A stretch of DNA of 64,000 nucleotides, from the NCBI GenBank assembly GCA_951406725.2, contig OX597832.1, forward strand, positions 33,232,001 through 33,296,000, read 5' to 3'. Positions 22,233-34,937 of the stretch are shown in pieces. A program made the position numbers and the translations under genes. Under the pieces are notes generated by a model that saw only the letters and a program-made list of their open reading frames with translations, did no database searches and was not told the DNA's origin. Each line of letters opens with the position of its first letter. Positions within the stretch are counted from its first letter, which is position 1. The DNA is from Octopus vulgaris. Its lineage: Eukaryota.

Positions 22233-22628
22233 GTAAGTATTTTTATAGAGTTCATGCGGTAGCTTTTATACTGAGACTGTGAACAGAAACAGTCTATATC
22301 AGTAGGTGTTTGTGTGTGCGAGTGTGTCGTGAAAACATTCCATGCTTTATATTTCTTCCTTACGAAACAAGACAGAGTACAAAATTAATCAATTTTCGTT
22401 AAAAAAGTATTTAAATATTTAGAAATAATACAGGAATAGAAGCAAGTATTGTATAGGTTCTCGCTTAAACACAAGTGAATGATTAATTGCTACGTATATG
22501 TATGTACACAAATATATATATGTGTGTGTGTGTGTGTATACATATGTATATATACATATACATTTATAAGTATGCATGTATGTATATATATACATACATA
22601 TATAAATGTGTGTGTATATATATATGTA

Positions 22629-23230
22629 TACGAAGGGGTACCTAAAAGGAACTGCAATTTTGAAATATTATATTCTCTTAATTTTTCATGTTTACACTTT
22701 TATCGTCTTCAGAATATTCTCCATTTGAAGCAATGCATCGGTCCACTCTTCGAAGAAATGCTGGAACTCTTGGAAAGGGATCCTTTTTTTAACGCCTGAG
22801 TCGTTTTTTACTTCACTCGTTCCACATCTGCAAACTCCCTAGCACTACCTTTCGCTACGAGAGAATACCTTTGAAAAAATGTTTGTATGGCACAAAACTT
22901 ATTGGCAGAACCTCCAGGACATACCAGTCATATCAACAAGTTCCTCAACCTATCGGTGATGGTCCTCCATAGCAGTTTATGAATTTTCATTCGTTCGGAT
23001 GGTCGACGGACGCACTGAACGAAGTTGATCTTGAAACGAAAAGTGACCATTCCTAAAGCATTATTGCTTCGGCCACCGTTATCCCCAGCAGAAAACAAAA
23101 ATCCACGAACTACAAACGACGACGCCAACCGGCATACTGTTGCCTGAGGGTAGCATCAAGTGACTTCTAGCAGCAGAAGCCTGAACTACAATGGGCTTGT
23201 CCCACAAAGAACATTTCCTAGATAGATATG
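22629..23230 (-). mobile_element. Deleted mariner relic/MITE
   Basis: Starts TA-CGAAGGGG after (TA)n. Mariner-type 3' sequence tcttcagaatattctccatttgaagcaatgca. Decayed HTH-like segment at about 22980-23060. Confidence 0.55.
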
Positions 23231-23437
23231 TAAAGGTGAGATACAAAGATCAAGGTGTAAGAGCTATAATGGTTTATTTGCATAGTAGTTTGTGAATTTT
23301 TCGCGCATTGAAGGCTGACAAAAGTTAATTTCAGAGTTTACGGTTAGCAACAGGGAGGGTCGTATGTGCGCGCTCTTGTTTGTACTAAAAGACAACTAGA
23401 CAGACAACAAGCAGACAGACAGGTATAAATATATATA

Positions 23438-23460
23438 TAGATAGATAGATAAATTGATAA

Positions 23461-23554
<94 letters not shown>
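23438..23554. repeat. (GATA)n tract, with others at 45440-45575 and 57676-57750
   Basis: Direct reading of the sequence. Confidence 0.95.
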
Positions 23555-23734
23555 CAACAGATGGCGAATTACGTAGAATGATAGCTAGAATAATTGAGAA
23601 AAGCAGATAGTTTTTTTGTAAGGTATCTATTTACGATCGAAGATGTCTACAAATATTTCTTCAAAATACAGACGCAGTAATTAACCATCTACATTTGTCT
23701 ATATACACACGAATATATATGTTTGTATGTATGC

Positions 23735-23811
<77 letters not shown>

Positions 23812-24039
23812 AAAATGCTTGTGTATGTATGGCGGGGTGAAGAATCGCAATGCATATTTTGAAGCGTTGAGTTGTATTCTCTGTGTTTATTGCTATTTTT
23901 ATTAATTCCATCGCATTAAATACAAGATTCTCACATTTAATAGTTTAAGCTGCTTTGATATTTCATTTCATTTTATTGGATTTCAAGCAACATAAGTGTG
24001 CGTATGTGCTTGATTTTGTGCCTGTGTATGCGTGTGTGT

Positions 24040-24078
<39 letters not shown>

Positions 24079-24265
24079 CGTGTGCGTGTGTAGTATGTAG
24101 GGTGAGAAAAGTATTCTGAAGTACTTTTCTAAATGGAAAATAAATACACTCTCACTCGCATTCGCACAGACACGAATATACGGAGATGTTTTTTTCTGTT
24201 TGCTTTACGGAGTCAGCATTTATGCATAAATCTGCTCTGAACGGTGAATCTATGCGAGGAACGTC

Positions 24266-24306
<41 letters not shown>

Positions 24307-24420
24307 GAGGGCATAAATGCCACACGATAGGAGGGTCTTTCAAAGTCATTACTACCAAAAAAAAAAAACGAATCGTACCAAATGCAGATCTCGAAGCAAG
24401 ACATTTAAAAACATAATTTA

Positions 24421-24484
24421 GTTCCAGATCACCTGTGATTTCGCAATTAACGTATTATCTACGTCTTTTGTTCATCAGTGAAAC
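24421..24484 (-). ncRNA. Type I hammerhead ribozyme motif
   Basis: Minus strand GTTTCA-CTGATGA-ACAAAAGACGTA gataa TACGTTAATTGC-GAAA-TCAC AG GTGA-TC-TGGAAC. Helix I is GTTTCA/TGGAAC, helix III is ATCAC/GTGAT, and the cleavage triplet is AUC. Confidence 0.75.
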
Positions 24485-24960
24485 ATATTCAAAACATATC
24501 AAAAATAAACAAAACCGACATACCCGGCGAAACCAAGCAGACAACCGTCGAGTCCATCGTAGCACATGGAAATGTTCACTCATCATATATTTATGTAAAT
24601 GGCGGGCTTTTTCGAACTGCATTTCGGAGAGAGACGTGTTTCGTCGGAACAAATTTAACAATTAAGGATAAAATCTTAATAAGAAATTTTAACAAGAAAT
24701 TATCAGGTAGTTAGCGTGAAAAACCTCATAAGAGAAAAAATCTGTACATTTTTTCACTTGCAAATATTTATTTATATATATATACATACATACATGCATG
24801 CATATATACACATACATGCATACATATACAATCATATAAATACTTATGTGTGAGAGAGAGTGAAACAGGTGATAGACGTATATCCATATATACTTCAAAA
24901 GCTTCAAACCTGTACGCACACAGACACACACACGTACACACATAGTTGTACATACATACG

Positions 24961-24993
<33 letters not shown>

Positions 24994-24994
24994 G

Positions 24995-25088
<94 letters not shown>

Positions 25089-25295
25089 TAAATATTTAAA
25101 AATTGAGGGAGATAAATTAATATTAATTTTAATATCAATTTAAAACCAGTAGTCCAGCATTCAAAAAATCTGAGGAGTCAGATTCAAAAATTTGTGTTCG
25201 CTGAATTCTTCCTCTAGAGAATTTCCCTTGTAGTTTGATCGTTGATGATCTTTTTCTAGCATTCTGGCCGGCTACCTAGCAGGCCAGCCCTGCCA

Positions 25296-25335
<40 letters not shown>

Positions 25336-25342
25336 ACATATA

Positions 25343-25721
25343 TCTCTCTTTATATAAACGGCAGTTTGTCTGTGCGTTTTCTGTGTGTCTGTTTGCTTGT
25401 ACCCTCACCCTTACCACGGCTTTCAACCGATTCTGATGAAACTTGACACACACATAGCCCAATATCATAATTCAAAACTAACGCAGCGAAAATTTTGAAA
25501 AGTTCCCCCAGTTCTGAAAAAATCGATAAATTCGACATGGGGTCGAGAATCAGAAACACAAACCGCAAACTGTCTAGGGGACGCAACTCCACCTTTTTAA
25601 CTAAAAAAAAATTTACCATCATTTTTTTCCATTTTTTTGCTATTTTTTGGCTATAACTCTCTAAAAATGCTTTATAGTTATTTCCCTTACAAACCTGAGC
25701 AACGCCGGGCGATACTGCTAG
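25343..25721 (+). mobile_element. Non-autonomous Helitron
   Basis: Begins TC (tctctctttatata), has a subterminal GC hairpin cctgagc-aac-gccggg, ends CTAG, is inserted between A and T, and has no TSD. Confidence 0.85.
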
Positions 25722-25759
<38 letters not shown>

Positions 25760-25760
25760 C

Positions 25761-25794
<34 letters not shown>

Positions 25795-25968
25795 GTATAA
25801 AATGTTATTAAGATTCAATTGCATTAGGTACTTAAATTGAGGCACCTTGTTAGGTCAGAGCAACATGCCCATCCAAATATTTATTCTTGTAGTGTGTGCT
25901 GATAATCCGACCCTGCTTAGGGAAGAGATCCGCTCTTGGCTATTCAGACATGCAGTTTATATTAAAAC

Positions 25969-26352
25969 GTGGAAGCGCAATGGCCCAGTGGTTAGGGCAG
26001 CGGACTCACGGTCGGAGGATCGCTGTTTCGATTCCCAGACCGGGCATTGTGAATGTTTATTGAGCGAAAACACCTAAAAGCTCTACGAGGTTTCGGCAGG
26101 GGATGGTGGTGAACCCTGCTGTACTCTTTCACCACAACTTTCTCTCGCTCTTTCTTCTTGTTTCTCTTGTACCTGTATTTCAAAGGGCCAGCCTTGTCAC
26201 ACTCTGTGTCACGCTGATTCTCCCCGAGAACTATGTTAAGGGTACACGTGTCTGTGGAGTGCTCAGCCACTTGCACGTTAATATCACGAGCAAGCTGTTC
26301 CGTTGATCGTATCAGCTGGGACCCTCATCGTCGCAACCGACGGAGTGCTCCC
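25969..26352 (+). mobile_element. Full-length tRNA-derived SINE with 12-bp TSD
   Basis: A box TGGCCCAGTGG, B box GTTTCGATTCC. TSD ttatattaaaac at 25957-25968 and 26353-26364. Confidence 0.88.
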
Positions 26353-26443
26353 TTATATTAAAACACTTCCTATAATATTTCCGAAGCGCAGATTCCAGGA
26401 AGGTGAAAAAAGTATAAAGAAGTAGCCACATTCATACTATATA

Positions 26444-26478
<35 letters not shown>

Positions 26479-26869
26479 TGTTTATTGAAAACAGCATATA
26501 TTTTCGTAAGCTACATGTAGTTTCATGCAATATGAGCGACACAGACAGCATTTTATAACACGCCTAGTGCCTTCAGGCCGTTCCCACATGGCATAGTATA
26601 AAAGAAAATATGAAGAAAAGGGAGAAGGTAGACGTAAAAGGTGGAAGCATGAAAACGGCGGAAAACGAAAGGAAACAGAAAAAAAGCTTAGAAAAAGTAA
26701 CGATCGTAAGGCCATAATAAGGATGAACCAATAGAAATATAGAATATGCGGTGCAGCCGCTCTTTTCGGCGGCGCTTTTATTTTCCAATTCGTCAACAGG
26801 ATCTTATTTGTATGTTTTCATGCTTTGAAAATTTCAGATCTGGAATTCAATAGTATGTTGAATTTAGTA

Positions 26870-27226
26870 GAACAATTGAATCCCATGACTTGGTCTTTGT
26901 AAGACTAGTACTTATTATATCGCTCTCTTTTACAGAACCGCTATGTTTCGTGGACGTAAACACCCAAACATCGGTTGTAAAGTGATGGTGGAGGAACAAA
27001 AACAGACACATAAAAATACACACACACCACATACACACATGCACTCATACACAGATACACACACACATATACAACAAGATTCTTTCAGTTTCCGTCCACC
27101 AAATCCAGTCACAAGGCTTTGGTTGACCCAAGGCTATAGTAGAGGGCATGGGCCCAAGGTTTCATGCAGTGGGACTGAACCCGGAACCATGTGGGTGGGA
27201 AGCAAGCTCCTTACCACACAGTCATA
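26870..27226 (-). mobile_element. Copy of the 51009 SINE family
   Basis: gcagtgggactgaacccggaaccatgtgggtgggaagcaagctccttaccacacag is the reverse complement of the family head. Confidence 0.78.
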
Positions 27227-29024
27227 ATGTTTTTACTTGCTTTAGTCATTGGTCTTTGGCCAGGCTGGGTCTTTGTATTTAGGCGTTCATCTTTCTAATC
27301 GACGTCAAAACTCTGGTGCTTATTCTCTCGATCAATTTTGCCAAGCTGCTAAGTGACAGGAACATAAAGGGTCTAAAGCTTTTTAAGAGGTGTGAGGATC
27401 AAGAACAAGCACCAACATACAAACACACACACACACACACATACACAAATACACATACGCACGCATACAGGCGCGCAAACACTCAAATACACTCATACAT
27501 GTATAGATACATACATATATATATGTGTGTGTGTGTGTGTGTGATGGGCGTCCAATAATTCACATCAGAAAGCATTGACCAGCATGGTACAATATCAAGA
27601 GGCACAGACCCTAGGTGCTGCGTGGTGGAACTGGTCCCGAAATGACGTTTTTGCAGTACGAGCTTTGAAAAGCCACAGCCTTGTCCTATGAACATAACAT
27701 TTATTGGCCGGTTAAGTGAATAACCTCCCTATTTTTGTCATGGTCTCTGATTGCAAGAATATAGGCATGAATGCTTTACAACGGATTGAACTCCATTAAT
27801 GCCACACAGATGTGATGTGGTGGCATTAAACCTGACTTTGCATCAAATGTAAAGCCTCAGAAATTACCGTAAGAAATAATATAAAGGTATTCGCTCGAAT
27901 CTATAAGAAATCCGTCAATGCCACCCACACGTCTGGCAGAATCGCTAGCATTTCGAGAAAAATACATAGCGGCATTTCTTGCAGCTGTTCTGCGTTCAAA
28001 TTCTTTCGAGGTCAACTTCGCGTTTCAACCGTCGGGATCGATAAATTACAGAACCAGTGAAATTCGATGTAATCACCATCTACCCTCCTTTAATCTTGCA
28101 ATGGACTGGTGTCCCGTTCAGCGGGTGTATAATGTGATCCCTGGTATATATACGCCATCGATAACAGGTATCCAGAATTATGAGTCTTAGAGCTCACGAA
28201 TTTTTTTTCTTAATTGCGAATGACTGGTACTTAATTCTGTCGACCCCCAAATGTATAGCACAATAACTTCTGAACGAGATTTGAAGAATTAAGGATTTTG
28301 CTGCGAGCGAGGTGCCTTCGTATTATCCATGATTAGTCCTAGTTTGGCACACCATTGGATGTATTTTACTCTAAGAGAAATTTCCAACAGCAAAAGTGGA
28401 ACGAAGAAGATAGAAAGTAATTTATTCTAAGAATGAATGTTTTTCGTGTGATGAGATGTAAATTCTCTTTCTACCAATGCACTGCTCGGCTACATATGCT
28501 GGCCGCTATTACAATTTACCAATTGAAATATAACTTGAGATTAATGCGTTTCTTCAGAAGTATATATCTTTCGACTTTCTTTAGAATTGTCATACGAATC
28601 CTCTATGGAACCAAACTACTTGATTTATGTATAAACATTCCCTATTATAGCAGATACAATTGTTATAATAGGCCAATAATATGAATAAAACTGCGCCAAA
28701 CTTCTCAGCGAATGTTTGCACTGAATTTCCCATGGAGTTTACATAACCGTTGCAAATTCTCATCTCAAAATTGTCTTGCATCTCTACACATTTATTTCTT
28801 CTTCTTCGTCTACTTTGCGCTCTCTTTCTTTTCTTTTTTTTTATTCTGTCTGTTTTTCTTCTTGTTCAATTCTCAGGAGATGAAAGTTAATAATGTGTAA
28901 TTTCAACTATCTAACCTTACCTCTGTTATCTGAATTGATGCGACGTCAACGAAGCAAGATGTTGTTCTTCATCAAATACACTGAGTGAAGTAGTAAAGAG
29001 GAGAAAGAAGAAGAAAGAGAAGAA

Positions 29025-29071
<47 letters not shown>

Positions 29072-29096
29072 AGAAGAAGAAGAAGAAGAAGAAGAA

Positions 29097-29128
<32 letters not shown>

Positions 29129-29879
29129 AGAAAATGATGAAGAAGAGAAGGAGGAGGAGGAGGAGGATGGGTTTATAGAAGATTTAGCCTCAGAAATAGG
29201 ACAGAGTAGACATATTTGTTATTTAGGAAAGTGGAAGCTGCTGATAGACAGAGTTAGAAAATTGAAGCAATGCCGGGAGAGTGTGAAAGCGGTTTGTAAC
29301 ATTTGGACAATCTCTAGCTTCGCTAAAATAGATCAGTGATAGATGTTATTTATAGCTCCTGCGCAGGTCAACACCGAATAAGATCTATTGCCAAAAACAT
29401 TTCAACCGTGACCGTTTCGCAACAGTTTCGTTTCGATTGGTTGATACGACATTAGTTTTTTTTGCTTTTTTTATACATGTTTAATGTTATATTTTAAAGA
29501 AACCGACGCACCATGTCATGTGGTCCTCTTCTAGGTCACTTTGAAATCTGATGTGTTGCTACACGAAATAATATTCTTAGTGATGGCTGCTTCCAGGAGA
29601 AGCCGTCTCTGGCTGATCGAATGATGCTATTGCTGCATTTATCCAGATTAGCCCCGGGGAAGCAGACCTACAAAGAAAGCCATTCCAGCCTCGACCATCC
29701 TAATTCAACTTTTTGCCTGGAAAAGTTTTTCTCAAACCGCATGTTTCAGTTTGTCTTATTGAAGAAAAATAAATTGTAGAAAGTAATTTAAAGGAGATTT
29801 CGGGCTTATTTTTAACAGGGTGAAAGACAGAGTACAGACTTCGTCAGTGATTCGGTCTTTGGGTTTGTTGCTACCCTGA

Positions 29880-30262
29880 TTTTTATCGTTTGGTTATCGT
29901 GAGCGTGTAAGCGAAAGCAGGGTATTGTAATCAGTCGTCTTTGCTTCTCTGTGTGTTTCCAAAACTACTGGTAAACGCCTGAGCGCATTTTCACCGCATT
30001 TGGCAGAAATACTCATTGGGTGAGTGGCTCGAACTCATTATGGTGGTTTGATTATTTTCAAAAACTAACCGACGAAGGAATCGAAATGTCTTTTTTTTTG
30101 TTTGATACATACGCATAAACGATAAACAGGGAAAATAACTCTTGATGTCATTTTGTTGAAATATGAATTTGTCTGAGAATATATCTATTAAATTAAACTT
30201 TATTTTACTCTTGTGTGCGGGGGCAGAGTATGCATCACCCCCCGGTGCCTTTTCTTATTTTG
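29880..30262 (+). mobile_element. Helentron-associated (HINE/DINE-1-like) element
   Basis: 5' ttttatc...gcgaaagcagggtattgtaatcagtcg and 3' ggcagagtatgcatcaccccccggtgccttttcttatttt resemble HINE termini in T-rich flanks. Confidence 0.5.
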
Positions 30263-30995
30263 TCTCTTTCCTCTTGTTGCAGCTGTGTTTGTTGTACAAC
30301 AACAACGACAAAAATGGCAGCAACAAAAATCAAAGAAATGACGAAATTAATCATAACTCCTTAACTTGTGCAGCACAAGGCTGAAATATTGAGGTGAGAA
30401 GATTACTGGTGTGAACTAACCTGCCGCCTCTACTTAATCGATAATCCTTAACGGCAACAAACTGATAAAAGCAGAATGCTAAGAGGACTAATTAGGTAAC
30501 ACACGGTGTTTAATTCGACAAGCTAACCTTGTTTCTATAACGAAAGCTCTTGTCTTATTCTCATAATTATGCCTCTGAGGAAAAGTAATCAGAGAACAGC
30601 AGGCTTTCAAAAGAAGTAGATATATTAAATATTCAGTACGGATACCGGTCATATGCTCGTTGCATAAAAACGAGACATGCGTCGTGCTCGTTTATTATTC
30701 TGACAAGTAATTAAGCGTTAACGTTGCTCCAGATGAAACAATGATTATATAAGTGTTGCCGGATATTCTGTTATGTAACTTAAGCAGATTAAAATATGCA
30801 GGCAGGACGTCGAGGAAAGAAACGGCGAAATAAGGCGTTTATTGTGTGTAAATATACATAAATAACCATTCATTATGAGCAGAAACGCAAACACATGTAG
30901 GGGGGGGGGGAGTATATGCGTTTATGCGTGTACGTATGAATGTATGTATGTATTTATCTATCTATGTATTTTACTCTCTCTCTCACTCTCTCTGA

Positions 30996-31034
<39 letters not shown>

Positions 31035-31220
31035 CGCATGTGTGTATGTACTATTAAATAATAAATCGTGTGGCAAATACCTGGTACCTTACAGGTAAGG
31101 CACATTCACTATTTCAGATTTCGTTGGGTATTTGATTAATGAGAGAGACGGAAGATGGAATATACGAAAATGTTTATTAATAACTACAATTGTTTCAACC
31201 CACCCGTGAGGGATAGGTAT

Positions 31221-31330
<110 letters not shown>

Positions 31331-31563
31331 GATACGTATATATGTATATATATATATATATTTGTGCATATACATATATACATATACGTATATATATATG
31401 TGTGTATATATATGTATATATATATGCATATATATACACATATATGCATATATATATATATATATATAAGGTTAATCCAAACGGGAAAACAGAAAAAACA
31501 ACACCACGTGGAACAATTACAGTATTATTATTATTAGGCGCTCAGGAAAATGGAAGAAGGAGG

Positions 31564-31598
31564 GTATGACGTTTCGAGCGGAGCTCTTCGTCGGAAAC
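31564..31598 (-). ncRNA. Minimal hammerhead variant (U4C)
   Basis: Minus strand GTTT-CCGACGA-A-GAGC TCC GCTC-GAAA-CG-TC-ATAC. Related decayed copies at 15781-15815 (+), 18837-18872 (+) and 14955-14982 (-). Confidence 0.55.
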
Positions 31599-31871
31599 AT
31601 AAGAGAAAGAAAGAAAGATCCCGAGACGGGAGGACAGAGGAAAAAAAAATATATACATACATGTACACTCAGATATGCATATATGTATATAACAGTACAT
31701 TACTTGAGTAGAATTTGGTCATATCATAATACCTTCTTAAAGTCAATCCAACTCATACTCACGTGTGTGTGTGAGATATTTTTTTTACAATGCCTGAACA
31801 CTGTTTTATCGATGGCTATTTAGTCCTTGGTACCCTGAGAACTCTTCCGACATCCTTTTTGTTTACTTGGT

Positions 31872-31906
<35 letters not shown>

Positions 31907-31926
31907 TATTATTATTATTATTATCA

Positions 31927-31981
<55 letters not shown>

Positions 31982-33967
31982 GTGATCAAAACTCACCGCT
32001 TTTTTGCTGGGTTTGATGGAGATAATCATCTGTCCACAGCAAGCAGACTAATGTAACACTTGGTATTGCTCATGCTTCAATTAAATGCTTTGCTTATGCT
32101 TTGTATTTCTACAAGTTGACTCAAAGTCTCAGCCAGAGACCCCAAGAAACCACAATCTCTTACTATTTAAATAACAAACTTTTCTTTGTAATACTTACGT
32201 TTAAATATTCAGTGGGTTTTTGTATGCAGCAGCTTTGTTGGATAGAGAAAGCTTGTCTAACAGGTATGGAGGAACACTCTGGGGTTCCGCTTCTAAAAAC
32301 TGTACAATTTACAGCAGAAGCGAGAAGAATTGAAAACCAACCGTTTGCATACAAAGTTTTTAACAACAGGGTTACGACTGTTGATTCTTTTAATTTCATA
32401 CGACCTTGTGTTTAAGGTCATTGAATTTTGTTATTAAATATGATGTATGTATGCGCACGCTTGCGACTGTGAATAAGTAGACATTGTTAAACTGAATAAT
32501 AAACTGCTAAACAGAAATTGTCCAATTTCGCTAATAATTCACTAAATAAAATCTTTACACCTGTACATTGAGTTGATCCATGCTCTTGGCTCAGGAAGGA
32601 AAATGTGTATTTCTTGTTTGATGGAGGACTCCACAAACAATGAAAGGGTCTGTTAAATGACTCCCGTTTATACTGCACTTTCAAATTTTGGTGCAGAGCA
32701 AACGGTTTCAGGGGAAGATTTAAGCCTGACATCTCGGCGCCAGTCCCCAAACGCTGCTTATTTCATAGACTCCGAAAGAATGAAATGTAAACTCAACCTC
32801 AGCAGAATATATAAACGGGCAAAATGCCGCTAAGCATTTTGCCCATCGTGATAAAAATTCTGCCACCTCACCGCCTTGACCTCCCATGGACACTGGGACT
32901 ATACGATGTTCAAATTTATATTTGTAATTCTATCCTACACTGTTTTCACACACACATATATATACGCACATTATTTGCCTCCATTTTGTATGGGAATACA
33001 CGATGTTATGTGAGAGAGAACCGGATTTTGAAATAGATGTACAGATCACGGCAGGTAACATATAAAATACGTTTATTATTTATCTCCCTAGCATAAACGC
33101 TAGCTTTTTTTTTAAAATATGCATTCACCATAGATTATTTAGTCCCTTATTTAATAAAGAATGTTATGACACTCGTTTTTGTCTGCCCGAAACAGATGTA
33201 AAATCAAGACCTGATTACATTTCTCATGTATTTGTGCACGAAACATTCAACATACTATTATATACGTGCCTTTGTTTTGTTTTTTTTCTTTTTTTACTTA
33301 AATATATATTGGCATTTCAAATAAATTCCTACCTTCTCTTCCTCCCCATTCATTTAAGATATTTAACATAATGATTTATGAGATATTTTTTTGACACAAT
33401 TTCTTGCTTTAGAACTTTTATTTACCGTTTCCGAAATTTGAGTAAATTAAATCTCTCTTCAGATATATAACAATGGAGTGACGAGTAGAAAAGAGATATC
33501 AAATTTATCTGACAACCCAGAAACCACTCTGACATCCATTCTCTCTCTCCCTCTTCACCCTCTATCTCTCTCCCTCCCTCCCTCCCTCCCTCTATCTCTC
33601 TCCTTCCCTCCCTCTCTCTCATACACTCACATACAGAGAAAAATGTATCGAGTATTATACATATATACATATATGAGTATATATAAAATGTGTGTGTAGC
33701 TATCTATATGCAAAAATATATGTGTGTGTGTGCGTGTGCTTGTGTATACGTACACGCACGTATACATACATAAATACGCATATATATTCATAAATAAATA
33801 TATATATATATATATGTTTATATACATATGCATATGTTTGTATATCTATCTATATCTATCTGTCTATCTATCTATCTCCCCCTCTCTCTCACCCTGTCTC
33901 ATTCTCTCTCTCTCATTTTCTCTCTCTTACTCTCGCTCTCCCTCTCACTCTCTCTCTCTCTCTCTCT

Positions 33968-34005
<38 letters not shown>

Positions 34006-34868
34006 CTACCAATACGCACAACTTACAATATGATTCGAAATAATCTGTTGTGTTTTTCCTGCAAGAAGTTTTACATCGACCAATTGCATACGTATATACG
34101 TATGTGTGTACGAATGAATGTATATTAAGATGTTTGTTCGCGTGTTCTTGTGTACATACATGACTTGAATGTTATGCTTAAATTTGGTAAATTGGAATCT
34201 CCAAGAGTATTATCTGGAATACAGGAACACAAGCAACAAAAACAACAACAAAATCTACAAAGGGTAAAACAAAGCACATTTTCTCCAGAAGAATAATATG
34301 TGAGTGGAGTTGATTCTACGCAATGGATACAGTGAAATACGGACAGCAATTTTGTTCGGAATTGACATATGACTGACATTTGGGAATCAACAATTACAGG
34401 AAATCTGCATTGATATACACTTGATTGCATATCTTCTGTCAGCTTGCATATGCATAATGATCGTCAGATGTGCAATACGAGTTGCACATCTGAAGAATTT
34501 TAACTCTTGTCAAAAGATAACGCACACCTATATTTCCATACAGGGGATTGTTGAAAATATTCTGACATCTCGGTGTTTGTATTTGAAATGGTAAATTTCT
34601 ACGACGGAAAACACTTGAAGAATAATCATTTACTACATAAAATCGCAAATGAATTAATCGTTAAATTCTCTTCTTCTGTGGCAGATACAGAAGATAGTAT
34701 TTTACTGAGAGGAATTAGATGTATGTCTTCCATTATTTCTCAAATCTTCCGACGTCTGATTCGTCAAATTTATCAGGGGTTTTTTTTTCTACACTTTACT
34801 TATCTCATAATATAATTCACTCTTCATATCTATCACTTTCTGAAGAATGATTTATACAGGAAAGTATA

Positions 34869-34937
<69 letters not shown>

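Noticed and set aside
25969-26045. tRNA gene
   Set aside because: A/B boxes are present but continue into a SINE body with a TSD, and there is no proper cloverleaf.
34440-34500. Hairpin followed by CTGAAGA/CTGACGA as a type III hammerhead
   Set aside because: There is no valid NUH triplet or correctly placed GAAA on either strand.
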